Positions 37,515 through 50,343 of a stretch of DNA of 64,000 nucleotides are shown here, in pieces (the stretch's first letter is position 1; every line of letters starts with the position of its first letter). The stretch comes from Adineta vaga. Its lineage: Eukaryota > Animalia > Rotifera. Location of the stretch: the NCBI GenBank assembly GCA_021613535.1, contig CP075495.1, positions 310,001 to 374,000 on the forward strand. Direction: 5' to 3'. Below the pieces are notes generated by a model. The model was not told where the DNA came from. It did not search any database and saw only the letters and a program-made list of their open reading frames with translations. A program made the position numbers and the translations under genes.

Positions 37515-38675
37515 CAACCAGCAGCATGAGAGAGTGTGAGTACACAAGTGCTATCTAAGTCTAGTACCCTATTTCTGTTTCCCTAATAGTTGAAGAAAAA
37601 ATACAAATTTCTTAGAACTGACTATACTATAAATACAGACCCTCTAAGCTATCTCTGGTCAAACTTTCGCCGCAATCTTTCATCATTACCAGATATCTAC
37701 TGATGTCTTATCACCCACTATCAGATTTTCATCAAAAGATGCTTTTTCGTAATTTATATTCATTCAAGACCAATCTGATAGAAGTCTTTAGCCGAAATAG
37801 CTTTGCCCAAATGGAGATCATGTCGAGCAAAATGTGCCTTGAAAGAGTTTGGCAAGATAGCTATTATGGTACCCACTGTTATGTGTACTTTTCGTTAGAA
37901 AGCCACAGAATTCTATGATGATTTCAGGCGATAAATGCAATCTAATGCTACAGTTAGAAAGAGCGCTCAAGCTGTACCATAATATCAACAAATATATAGC
38001 CATGATCAGGTTGTATTAAAGTAACGCAAGAAGAAGTAAGCAAAACTTTTCGAGCTTTATCGCGATCCGTAATCAAATGGCCCTCTGAAAAAGTAGATAA
38101 ACTGCGTCGGAACCAGTATGTGAAAAGTATATGTAAATATGTGTTTAAATTTTTCAATGTTTAATTTCATGAGTCTTTGTTTCGAGGCATGTTTTTCCTA
38201 TACTATGTTTGTGGATTTCTATTACAACTTGAACACTCTTTTTAACTGTACCACTAGATTGCATTCATCGACTAGAATCATCATAGAATTCTGTGGCTTT
38301 CAAACGACCAGTACATACAACAGTAGGATACCATAGCAGGTATCTTACCAAACTCTTTCACGCTACAATTTGGGCGCTAGTATTTCGACTAAGCATGTCA
38401 ATCAGACGGGTTTTGAATGAATATAAGCTGTGAAAAAAGCATCTCCTGATGAAGATCAGATAGGCAATGATAAAACATCAGTAAATGTCTCAGAATGATG
38501 AAATTTGGCGGCGAAAGTTTGACCAAAGATAGCTTAGAGGGTCTGTGTTTATGGTATAGTCAGTTTTTTCGAATTTGTATTTTTTCTTCAACTATTAGGA
38601 AAAGGAAAATAGGGTACTAGGCTGACAGATAGTACTGATGTACTCACACACTCTCCGACCATTGGCTGATCATTC
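37515..38675. repeat. Large foldback element with ~430-bp imperfect inverted arms
   Basis: 37530-37950 is the reverse complement of ~38250-38655 (e.g. acagaccctctaagctatct / agatagcttagagggtctgt; agagtgtgagtaca / tgtactcacacactct). Confidence 0.8.
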
Positions 38676-40240
38676 TTTCTTGCCGCTGAAATAAAAATAG
38701 ATTCTTGTATCCATTTATATAAGGAATCTGTAATTCTATCATACCCTGAAGTACGGTTTGCCTGAAAAGTCTTGCTACATATCTTTCTACTGTTCGGAGC
38801 AGATATGTTCTCAATTATCTTTCTTCTTTTCTGTCTTTCTAGTACATACGTATTCATTCTGTCTGATCCAACATCTTGATCGATGGGTGAAGGTTTGGGT
38901 GTGAGATGAATGAGTGAATCTTGTCCTCATTCCCACCCACACCCATCACTGTCACATTTTGTTTTATTTTTGATAAACCCGAAGTTTTACAGAGCTTTTG
39001 AAGATTATATCCTTGAAGAGTTCGTTGGCAAATTGCTTGAGAGTAATAGTTGGTTATTATGCGAATTTGTTTTAAGTGTAGTTTCGCAATGGAGAATTTG
39101 GCACCGCTCCTCTAATATAACTAATTAAAGACCTTAGAGTACCCTCGTTGTACACTACTTGAGGACACAACGATATTACTGCAATGCCGCTGAATAATGA
39201 AAAAGATGATGAATTAGAAGTTGCTTTGACTTAGATTTCGAAAGAAAACGTAAAGCGGTATCCTTAGAGGATAAATCTTTGAGACACAGAATAAATGTGT
39301 TATGTGGAAACCTGAAGATTTCTAGTGAACAGTACAAGACGCTACTGTTCGTCACTACTTCTCTCCACATTTATCTTTGCTCTGGAAAACTGAATAGTTG
39401 TTGAAATCTTGTCCATTTTCTCTTACGGACATTATTAGCTTTTTCAAAAATCTTCATCACATAGAATTATATGAGAATGCCCATTACAGAGAGATACTTC
39501 GGACTGTCAAGACCGTTCATTCTACGGAAGTGTCCACTATGAGAGATTTTGCTGTATATATAGATATTAATTTAATTATAAATATGATAGATAACAATCA
39601 CTTAAAATAGGATGATTCAGTTTAGAAAGGGATTGCATGACTTTAGTTATCTGTAGTAGAATTTGCGGATTTGTTTTAGGTTCGGTCCAGCTTAAATTTC
39701 GAAAAACCTGAACTGTGGCCATCTCCGTTGTATAGGTTGGTTATGGCATTTGATATTAGAGAACTATTGCATAATCGTTACTAAATAAGGTTTAGCCTTC
39801 CATATCAAAATAATGATAAGTGAATTTCATATAATTAAATCAAAATTTATAGAAATAATAGTTTCAGAAAGTTTAGTGCTGTATTGGTTTTGTGAGTAGT
39901 AAGTATATTGAATGTGCAAAAAACTGGTGAATGTGTGAGATTAACTTTTAGTCAAAAGAATTCAGTTTTAGAGATAGCGAGGTGTTTTATGATTGGTTGT
40001 GATATCCATTAAATACTGACTATACTCTCTTCTTGCCTTCTTGAAGTTTCTATGATATAAAGGCCCCACCGACTGACGAATAAGGAAAGACTATAATCAT
40101 AAGGTTTGGTAACTCTGTTCGGAGCGTGTACTCGCGTATCTTTTGAATTATAGTAAAATTCCTTTGCAGATATTTATGATGCATCGCATGCTAAACTTAT
40201 TGATGTACACTCTAATGCACCATATCGCGATGATCGACCT

Positions 40241-41377
40241 ATGAATTCATATATAGGAACATCTCAGCAGGCCAAGTCATTTTCAGCTTTCATATGTCTT
40301 ACTTTAGTACAAATATTGACCGCAATTGTATACAAGTTATCCCAAAGAGGAAATCAGTATGACTATTCTCCTGCATCAGCAGTTGTGATCGCAGAGCTTC
40401 TCAAATTATTTATCAGCTTCATAATAATTTCTGTAAACACCAATAGCTCAAATGAAACGGATGAAACTTCCTGCGATACACCCATGTCCAATTTCGAACG
40501 TGAATGCGAAGACAAGCTCTCTGAAAATCTTCATACAGGAGCGACGCTTAACTCATCACCCTCTTACTTGACTCCTTTTCACAAGGTACGATTCGCTTTA
40601 GGAATATTACGCCGACAGATTACTCGAAAACTTGCTCTTCATTCAGCAGCTTTAGGGCTTCTCTATTGTGTCAACAACCAGCTATCGTTTACCATGTATC
40701 AATCTATTGATGTAGCAACCATATCTCTGTTCAAAACACTTTCATCTCCTTTTGCAGCATTGATATTGTGGGGAGCATGTAATAGAAGTATAGGCCGTTT
40801 GGGTTGGACTGCATTGTTACTACAGGTAGTCGGACTAGGTATCGTACAATATAATCCATGTATTCAGAGTACCAATCTAGGTGAGAGTCATTATGCTATG
40901 CTAATCACTGCCGCAACAATTACTGCTGTATGCAGTGTTTATAATGAACAATGTATCAAAATCTTGAAGGCTGATTTGCAAACCCAAAATATTGTTCTTT
41001 ATTCATTCGGTGTCATTTTTAATCTAATTGTTTTTCATACAGCAGCTTATAGAGTATCATCATTTTCAAGGTCATTGAGCTTTTTTGCAGGATATTCATG
41101 GTGGGTCGTTGGTGTTATTGCATGTAATTCGGTTGTTGGACTAGCCGTGACAGCGGTCTATAAATACAGTGATGCGATCATGAAAACATGGGCATCCGCA
41201 TGTGCGACAGCAGCGTTATTGCTGTGCAATAGACTACTCTTTCATATTGTCGCGAGTGCACAAATGTATGCAGGCGCGACCGTCGTTTTTGCAGCGTCTT
41301 ACGTGTACATCCTTGCACAAAAAGATTTGCCATTGTCGTCTGCTAGTACAACAACACAAAATCCTACTATAACATGA
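40241..41377 (+). CDS. Nucleotide-sugar transporter, SLC35A / CMP-sialic-acid-transporter-like, intronless
   Basis: ~10 hydrophobic helices; YDYSPASAVVIAELLKL, LLYCVNNQL, SVYNEQCIK, QNIVLYSFG, VTAVYKYSDAIMK. Confidence 0.85.
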   Translation: MNSYIGTSQQAKSFSAFICLTLVQILTAIVYKLSQRGNQYDYSPASAVVIAELLKLFISFIIISVNTNSSNETDETSCDTPMSNFERECEDKLSENLHTGATLNSSPSYLTPFHKVRFALGILRRQITRKLALHSAALGLLYCVNNQLSFTMYQSIDVATISLFKTLSSPFAALILWGACNRSIGRLGWTALLLQVVGLGIVQYNPCIQSTNLGESHYAMLITAATITAVCSVYNEQCIKILKADLQTQNIVLYSFGVIFNLIVFHTAAYRVSSFSRSLSFFAGYSWWVVGVIACNSVVGLAVTAVYKYSDAIMKTWASACATAALLLCNRLLFHIVASAQMYAGATVVFAASYVYILAQKDLPLSSASTTTQNPTIT

Positions 41378-42255
41378 GATATTTAGTTCCCTCGATAGAA
41401 AGAAGGATCGTATGAAAAAAATCATTTGTGTGTCTGCGTGTGTTACGATGAAAGGTTAAAGGAACAGCGAGATGTCACAACGTTAATGTTATCATGCAAA
41501 GATTCATGGTAGGCAAATACTGATATACATTTCTATAGTAACAGTTATATCCCCATACTGACGGAATAGATTTATTTGATGATAGAGTACGGATAAGGGA
41601 ATGTAGTTAACTATCAAAGATGTAAGAATAGTAAGCATGAGAAGGAATCTATTATTTCTACCTATTTTCTTTGTTAAAGTGTCTATGTATGACTGTCTGT
41701 TGAAGCCAGTTCGGAACTTTTATTGATTGAAAAATTTCTGATATTCTAGAAAAGTCTTTGCCAATGCTAGTCAAGACTTGTGAATTCGAATTAATGATCA
41801 AATATGACGTTTTTAATAGTTACCAACCAATGAAGGTTCAAATTTATTTGTTTGTAAAAGTTTGATCGACGGTTATGCAACACTCGATTTATATCTGAAG
41901 TTCGTTTTATAGAACAGCGGTTGACGAATAATACGCATTATTACTAGTAAAGCTTGAGCAACGATACTTTGGGGTTACCAGTTTTATATAAATTGTTATG
42001 AATAAATGACAAACTAGCAAAACACAGTTTTCATTTAACACTTTGTCTACACGTTATATATACAGAGAGAGAATGGCAATAAGAAACCAATAAAGTTTTC
42101 TTCACCTACTTCTAAATCTTTTTGATGAAATTCTTCCTAACTGAGGCTTAACTTGAGGGTAATTGAGGTTGATAAATGTGTATTCGAGATTGACTTTCGT
42201 TGAACCATCTGTTTTGTGGAGTAATGAACATCAAACCCTTGGAAAATGTTTAAAT

Positions 42256-42426
42256 CAGAGATGTTCACCGCGCTTCAGAATGTGCCGCTGCCGCGCCGCT
42301 CAGATCGACAAATCCTATATTGGGTTCCGTCAGTAAAATTTCCGTCGGAAGTGCAAATTTTATGAACGTTATTTTTAGCCATATTTTATCACGGTATTAT
42401 GGGCAGCGCTGCTGTGGGCATCTCTG
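42256..42426. mobile_element. 171-bp hAT-type MITE
   Basis: TIR cagagatgttcac / gtgggcatctctg; perfect 8-bp TSD gtttaaat (42248-42255, 42427-42434). Confidence 0.85.
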
Positions 42427-43214
42427 GTTTAAATAGCGTCGGTTAAAAAATTGATCGTTTTAAATGCTTTAGTTAATTTTCATAAGTGTCAACTGCATAA
42501 TAACATTCAAAATAGACGAAAATCATGTCACGCCCATGATATAATCTTGTCACTCACTATGAAAGGTGCGCTACATTCGATCGAACCATATCTAAAAAAG
42601 TTTTATTCAACTTCTCGCAACAGAATCGACATACTCTTTAATTAACGTCAAAGCATTTTTTTGGCCTGAATTATACCATATCTCGATACGTTGCATCCAG
42701 TCTATAAATATTCTAGATCGGCTACTGATGTAACGTATTCTCTTCGTAGCAATTCTCAAAGTAGTTCTTTTTTCAGTTTACTTTCAAAAATTCTGTTAAC
42801 AAAAGCTCGATGACATCTTAAGAGAGATTTAAACGAAATATTCTAACCACTTTCAAAATAGAAGGAAATCATAAGTTTAATAAATGAAAATTGTGATTTT
42901 TCAGAAATTGTCAAGTGATCTGATTCATAGGCTGAAAAGCATTCTTTCTTAGACATTTTGCGTGACAAGATCTATTCAAGAAAGCGCTTATTACTACTAA
43001 CATAGCATTATTTGTGAACAGCAACGGTTGTGCCAGGAATGATATAAACCTCTCAGTATTTGGAATATTTCTGAGGATGTGGGTGTGAATATATCTTCTT
43101 CATCCACACCCACCCTCAAGATTGAACTATGTTTTACGACGTAGATTGCAGAACTTTTCACGCTGCATTTTGTGGTGTATCTTGTTTTCTGATAAAACAT
43201 ATTTAGAAATGTTA

Positions 43215-44340
43215 CTTTGTATAGATGAATAAAAGAATATGAAAATAAACTAGTACGATCCCATAATTTTGAAATTAGTAAAATACGTTTTCAAAATGTT
43301 TATGGTCCTTATATAGTGATCTAACAGATATATCTAATCAATAAGCTATAGAATTGTTAATAAGGAAATATTTATGTTGATGATGTTGTCGATAGCTTAA
43401 TGTTAACATTTGAACAAGAAATGAACAGAGAAGTGATTGATGTGACAAGTTGAAAAAGATTAAGTATCAAAGAACTTACGAATATCATCACGAAAGTTGT
43501 AAAAGAAAAGTAGAGGCTATGTTGGATCTTTCAAGAGCAGAGAGTAATCAAGAATCGGTCACTGATTTGAGTCGTGTAAAAATATCTTAAAATTGGAAAA
43601 CAAAAGTTCAGAAGAAGATATTTGCAATACTATGAAATGAATGAAAGAGAATGAAAATAAATTAAGAATACTTGTTATTATACTTGGTCAACCTCGTGGT
43701 GGTCAACTAACATGGAAACTTCTACATAAGTTTTGTCTTCAACGATTTAATGCACATTTAGCATTATTAAACATAAGAATTTCAGTTTCGAACATATTTA
43801 CATGATATAGCTCAATATATTTGGACAAAACCAAAACTATTGTAAGATACAGAGAAGATTTATAAGAGTAGAAAATTATTCACATAAATCACATACTTCG
43901 ACATTTTTCGCGCTTAGATGGCTATAATAACAAAAAAATGACTAAAATTTAACTACTTGATAAATATGATTGATTTATATTAACGAGAGCTAATGAATTA
44001 TATCTTTGTCAACATTGTGGAGGATGGTCTGATCATCATATGATTGGAAAATCATCTATTTTTATGAAAATGATCAATATAACAAGTGAATTAGTTTGTA
44101 ATTCTGATTATTGGTTTACTAAATTCCAAAGAGAACAATATAAATATGAATTGCGTTTTGAAAGAATTCAAGAGATGATTTAGACATATTTGAATTTCTA
44201 AGATTAATATTCACTGTTAGAGCTCAAGGAGAATTTCTTCCACAATTGAGTTCATTCGGTTTAAAAGTAAAATATCCAATAAAATTGAAATCAACTATTA
44301 AATGTTTTAAAATGTCTTTACTTTCAATTAATTACAAGAA
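43215..44340 (+). pseudogene. Decayed NDP-sugar epimerase/dehydratase C-terminal half followed by a putative glycosyltransferase-like domain
   Basis: Manual translation gives KIRFQNVYGP (~43280-43309), IYVDDVVDSL and LSIKELTNII (extended-SDR motifs), then ILVIILGQPRGGQLTW, FILTRANELYLCQH and GGWSDHHMIG. Multiple stops and frameshifts. Confidence 0.6.
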
Positions 44341-44737
44341 GAGAATAACTCATTTTCGAATGTGTGTAAATCTAACCGTGATATTCTTAACTATAATGCG
44401 AGAATAAATAAAGAGAAAGAATAAAAATTCTATAATATTTCATTATCATTTATATAAGTGATTCAATTTAAAATAGAAAAAAATCATAAATTTATAAAAT
44501 CCAATTATTTTTAAATAAATATAAAGAATAATTTAAGATTAAACATATTATTAAAGAGAATAAGAAACTAAAATCATATTTCTCATTTCTTTTTTTATTT
44601 CAACTTGAGAATAAATGAGACACATTTTTGTTATGAAAAATTGAAAGATATTTATACCGATGAGATTAATGAACAGATTTTTCACAGAACAATGATTTTT
44701 TAATTCTAAAGAAAAGAATGAGCAAATGTGTTTCTAT

Positions 44738-47700
44738 CAGAGGTGAGCACAGGACAACATTTTTCATCCTGTCCTGCCTGCCGCTCCGCCACCACCCGTC
44801 CTGTGGTGCGGGCAGGACAGGACGAAAATTGGTCCCTCGCCTGCAGGACAGGACAGGCGCAGGACAGGACAGGACAGGTTTTTGGCAGGACACTCATGAA
44901 TATTTTTAGTTAAAGAAGACATTGAATTTATCATGCATTCTTTTTACAACTCATCCCTGGATTATGAATATTACATCTATTTTTTTAATACGATGAGTTA
45001 AATAAATAAACACAAAAAAAAGAATGAACAACTATTGGAATAAACACGTATTATGAAAAAAAAGATATTATAGAAGACTCGAAGTGAAAATGACGTAACA
45101 TTACGTATAAATAACTATTAGTATCAATGATATAAAATACAGGAGATATTAAGCCTATGTCTTTTAAGAACATATAAATACAAATAATGAAAGCTCTTGT
45201 TCACAAATAAGACAATCATTGTTCAAATAAATGTTCGTATTTTCTCATTGATCTAATTAGTAAAATGTTGTCCAATTGTTCAGGATTCAAACTCGTTCTT
45301 CTTTCTTGTATAATTAAACCTGCTCCTGAAAATTGTCTTTCTACACTTGTAGAAGTAGCTGGTATTGAAAAAATACGACGAGCTAAACGAGCTAAACGAG
45401 GAAACTTCTCGTATTGATCAGTCCAGAACTTTAATGGATTGGATGATAATTTGAGTTTTTCTAACTCGAAATTCAAATAACGATCAAGTTCATCCGATTT
45501 TTTTGATGAGATTGGATATTCTTCACTTTCATTGCCAGATTCACCTCCATCTTCTCGTCGAACATCAGATCCATCGGATTCAAATCGACGAAACAAATCA
45601 CCTTTAAACTTCTTTGTTGTAGGTTCTTGTGCTTCTATATGATTTGATTCAGTTGATTCAATATGGATTAGCTGCATTTGTTGACGCACATATCTGTAAC
45701 ATTCAGCACGTTCAGTATAAGAGCAGGCTTTTAATGAACGATATTTGGGATTTAATAACGTAGCAGCATAATGTCTGATATCAAGTTCAAACATTTCGTC
45801 CAATAAACCTCTCATTCGATTAAGAAAAAATTTTATACCTAGAGCACAAAAAATATTTATTGATATAATAGTTCGTCCCTTACATACCTTCTAATTCTTC
45901 GAATAACTCGTCGTCTATCTCATTTGGTTCTTGTTCGGATTCATGTTCACCATTATTTTCGTGATAATTCACTAATGAATCGAATGATTTTAATACATCT
46001 CCTAATGTTTGTGTACATAGCAAGACTAAATGTAAAGATGGTGAATTACCAGTTTGAATTATTTTCATTACATCCTGAAATGGTTGTAACAATAGCATAA
46101 TTTGTTTGATTTTCTTCTCATCGACGTTGATGAATAGCTTCTGTTGCTGTTTATTGATCAAAATTTTCTTCATAATCTTATACGATTTCAATATTGATTT
46201 CAATGAATTCATGATTGATAACCAACGGACATCAATTGCTTGATGTACTGTTGATCCACCATTATTTTCGATCTCATTGTTCAAACCAGACTAAAAAGAT
46301 TAAAAAATTCTTTTTTTTATTCGAGTAAACATTAGAAAATCATTATATCAACTTTTTTAATATATTTAACAATTTTTTTACATTGTTCCAATGTAGAAAG
46401 CACATATTTTGCTTCAACTGGAATATCATTAATTGACACACTTCGTAATGATTGTTTATTGATCGCTACTAATGTTGACGTATTTGTTTTTCTCTTTTTT
46501 ATAACCGGAATTGATGATAATGGTAAAATATATTCTTCATCATCATCGGATGATTCTTCACTTGAAAAAATACTTTTTTGTTCTTTTAGAATTGAATCAT
46601 TATTTGATGTTGTTGTTACTATTGTTGTTGTTACTGTCGTTGATGCTGATAAATCAGATTGATTTTTCTTCTTCTTTTGGTGATGAAAGAATGTTGTTTT
46701 TAATACGTTGTTCAAACGATGACCGAAACAGAAAATAGGACTATATGGTTCAAAAGCTTTGACAAAATTTGAACCTCGATCAGATATTATGTTCACCATA
46801 GCTAAATTATTAATACCAAATTCACTTAAATGAGATTCAAGGGCCTATAAAGTCAAAATCGAAAATACGATGTATTGAAAGAGTAATCTTACTTTTACAA
46901 CTAAATCAGCTGATTTAATACCAAGAAAAGGTCGACAGAATAAATCTATTGAATAAAATCGATATTGAGCATCAACAAAACATATATTCAGTCCTAAATA
47001 GGCAATATTTTTGTACGGATCTGTCCAAAAATCTGGACATATAGTCACGGAACGATGTTGAAGTGGTTCACGTAGTTTATGTTTTATACATTCTCTAAGA
47101 CAATCTGCAAGATGATACACATTTCGAGATAAAGTGTGACGGCTTCGTAAAACATTATCGATATCAATTACACCATATTTGTGTCCTGAAAATCAATTCA
47201 AAACACTATTGATTTTGGTTCAATAAAAATAAGATAAAGTAACATACCAATTCGAATTAGTTCTTGAGCTATACTACGAAATCCTGAATCTTCTATGATT
47301 GAAAATGGACGAAGATCTGTGCTGATCCACTGAGTACATAATAGCTTCATATGTTCAGCATCCTTTTCACTTAATTTTTTCGACTTTAGGAATCCATGTT
47401 GAGTAAGAATACTTTGTGCCGACGATGATGAAGAAGAATGATCAATTTCAATGGAAGAAGCTAATGGTAATGATGACAATCCACCAACTGATCTACATTT
47501 CATTTCATGAGCTTTTAAACGAGTTGTTCCACTTTTTGAAGAATAATTGAACGTTTGATAACACTTGAAACAACTAACATGTCCGACAATTCGTTGATAT
47601 TCATTATTTTCATCTAATTTAGCAGGAAATCCAAATGTATTCCACCAGGTTGCTCCAGATGATGATTCGTTTTTTACTACTTTGTAAAGTTTATCATCCG

Positions 47701-48250
47701 ATCGAAGTAATTGTTTAACTTTTTCCGAATTCAACAGAAAGTCACTTGATGAAGAAATATCTGTTATATCCATAATTCACTATTATGAATTTTGTATAAA
47801 TCTGAAGAAAAAACATTCGAAATACTACAAAGAAACACTTGTATAGACGGAGAGAAATAGTCGACATTGACTCTTATCTGTACATATTCAATATTTAACA
47901 TATAAGAAGTTTGTTCGTTTCTGTACATGATGCAACACTCGTGTGTGTATCGACGAATCGTACCTACACAATAATTGACTGTCTTTTAGTGACCTCTGGG
48001 GTAGAAATAGAAAGACTGGTCGTCATGAATTACCAGAACTTATGTAAAAGCGTTAAAGTTAAATTTATAAAAATTTATCATACCGCACGGCAGGACGAGG
48101 TGATTCATCCTGTCCTGCCTGCCGCTCCGCTACATCCGTCCTGCAGAGCGGACAGGACAGGACAAAAATTGAGCTCCTCGCCTGCAGGACAGGACAGGAC
48201 AGGACAGGAGGGCAGGATTCGCCGCACATCCTGTCCTGTGCTCAGCTCTG
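44738..48250 (-). mobile_element. hAT DNA transposon, apparently complete (3513 bp)
   Basis: TIR cagaggtgagcacaggaca / tgtcctgtgctcagctctg; perfect 8-bp TSD gtttctat; subterminal (caggA)n arrays at both ends. Confidence 0.95.
45216..47773 (-). CDS. hAT transposase (BED finger, DDE, C-terminal dimerisation domain), 5 exons
   Basis: CFKC..GTTRLKAH, DLRPFSIIED.GF, PDFWTD, ISDRGSNF, CFGHRLN, VRWLS, ATLLNP, PLKFW, IPATSTSVERQFS. Four short GT-AG introns (e.g. 47186-47247) splice in frame. Confidence 0.9.
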
Positions 48251-48405
48251 GTTTCTATGTATAGATAAGAAATGTATTGGTTGTTAAACAATGAAACATT
48301 TGACCGATAGAGAAAAGAAATTCTATTCGATGAAAAAAGAAAAGCATTGACATTGTTTTTCTTAGTTGAGGTCATTTTCTTCTATTGTTGAAATAGAAAA
48401 GTCGA

Positions 48406-48912
48406 ATGAAAATGGGTTCATCAATATCAAATATAATTATAAATATTGAAAATAATGTTAAAGAAATTGTTAATGAAATAAATCCAACAATAAACAAAGT
48501 TGAAAATTGTTCAATAAATCTTATAAATAATATTGACAATGATTTAAATTTAAATTTAAATAAAATATTTTTATTATTAAAAGGAAATTTAATAATTATC
48601 TTTTGTTTCTTATCATTATTTATTTTATTAATCTTATTATTAATTTATAATTTAAATAAAATATTAAATAAACTTAAATTTAATTTATTTCTTCGTCAAT
48701 ATTTCAATTTATTTTTCTTAACAATTTTTGTTCTTTGTTTCTTTATTATTTCATTAATTTCAATATTTTTTCGTGAAAATTTTCAATGGTTAACTTTAAA
48801 AATTTTTGCATTTGTTTTCTTATTTCTTTTGTTTAGTTTTATTTCATTTATTTGGTTTCGTTTATTTTATATTTCTTATCAAAGAAAATTAAATAAACAT
48901 TTTCTTCTATAA
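48406..48912 (+). CDS. Hypothetical three-TM membrane protein
   Basis: 168-aa ORF in very AT-rich DNA with an N-terminal coil and three hydrophobic segments; no recognised motif. Confidence 0.5.
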   Translation: MKMGSSISNIIINIENNVKEIVNEINPTINKVENCSINLINNIDNDLNLNLNKIFLLLKGNLIIIFCFLSLFILLILLLIYNLNKILNKLKFNLFLRQYFNLFFLTIFVLCFFIISLISIFFRENFQWLTLKIFAFVFLFLLFSFISFIWFRLFYISYQRKLNKHFLL

Positions 48913-49743
48913 AATAAATTAAATCAACGAGACAAATAACCTTTCCACATCAATCATTTTTATTATTAAGAAAAAGAAACATTTTTTTCAGTTGTCTATT
49001 GATCATCAGCGTGATCATATTTATATTTTCAACGACAAAAAATGTCACAATTTATTATCTTGACTCAAGTATAGAGTTCATCTTTAATTGATCAATATCA
49101 CAGACGGTTTGTCGAAATATTCTACTCTTCATTGGATAATCATTTTATAAAATAAGATAATCGGAAAATAAAAAGATAGAAATTAATTCGATTATTTTAA
49201 CTTTTCAATTAGATATTCCACCAGATCAAATGAACGTTTTCAAAATAAAATTTCATGTCTTCTGGGTTTTTTTGAGGGTGAAATATTTAATAACAAAATA
49301 ATTCAATGGAAAAATTTTGTTTAGAATTGAAATTACAATCATTTGTCGAGATATTTTTCAACTTTATTAATAAAAGATTCTAAAAAATACAATCATATCT
49401 TCAACTTTTAGAATAAATATATTTTACAAATTTCTATTAAGATTTATTTATTATACAACGACTCTTCCTCTACAAAAGTCACTAAGTTAGATATCTTTAT
49501 AGTACAACACTTATGAGATATTCTATTCGAAATAAAAACTTCTTGTTTGAAAGTTGTGCTTCTTTAATAAATCCATTGCATTATATCACACAGAATAATC
49601 AGAATGATTTTAATTAATAAAAATATTTACATTTTCTAGAGAACTAAAAGAGGAATTCTTCTATAAATATGTTTTATTATAGGTCATCGATTATTATTAA
49701 AGTATAAAGAATATTCTTCTTTCTATTTGATATATTCGTATAA

Positions 49744-50343
49744 TTAATCTTGATTTTGATGATGAAATAAAGTATAAAATAATCCACAACTAAGATTTGT
49801 TAAGAATTTCTTCTTTAATTTTTTCGATGATGAATTAATTTGTTGAACAAATGAAATATTAATTTGTAAATTATTATTTTGATTTTTATAAAAATATTTT
49901 AATTGACGTTGTTGTTTACGTTTTGCATATTCTTCTAAAGATAAAAATTGTTTTATTGATGAAATTGATTTTTCTTTGAAATAATTTGTTTTTTCAAAAA
50001 TACGATTATGATATTTTTGTGCTGCTATTTTTAATTTTAAAATATTTTCTTCATCTTCTAAATCTAATGAAGATAAAACTGATTTATCCATTTCAATCCA
50101 TTCAGATTTTATTGATTTTAATTCAATATATTCATCTAATGTAACAAATTCTTTTTTAATTGTTTTCGAAGATAATTCTTCTTTTTCTTTTGATAAATCT
50201 CTCATATGTTGATTTAATTCATATTGAAAATGTAATAAACGTCGTCGTTCAGCATATTCAACTAAAGTCATATGTGGTCTTTCTTCATTGATTGGAATTA
50301 GTTTTGAATTGTCAGATGATAATGATATTGTCGTTATTTCCAT
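49744..50343 (-). CDS. Hypothetical charged protein with three [TS]LxEY motifs
   Basis: 199-aa ORF containing MTLVEYAERR, VTLDEYIELK and LSLEEYAKRK. Confidence 0.55.
   Translation of the reverse strand: MEITTISLSSDNSKLIPINEERPHMTLVEYAERRRLLHFQYELNQHMRDLSKEKEELSSKTIKKEFVTLDEYIELKSIKSEWIEMDKSVLSSLDLEDEENILKLKIAAQKYHNRIFEKTNYFKEKSISSIKQFLSLEEYAKRKQQRQLKYFYKNQNNNLQINISFVQQINSSSKKLKKKFLTNLSCGLFYTLFHHQNQD

Noticed and set aside
44666-44913. Four overlapping ORFs (also 47911-48375)
   Set aside because: Artefacts of the hAT subterminal caggA repeats.
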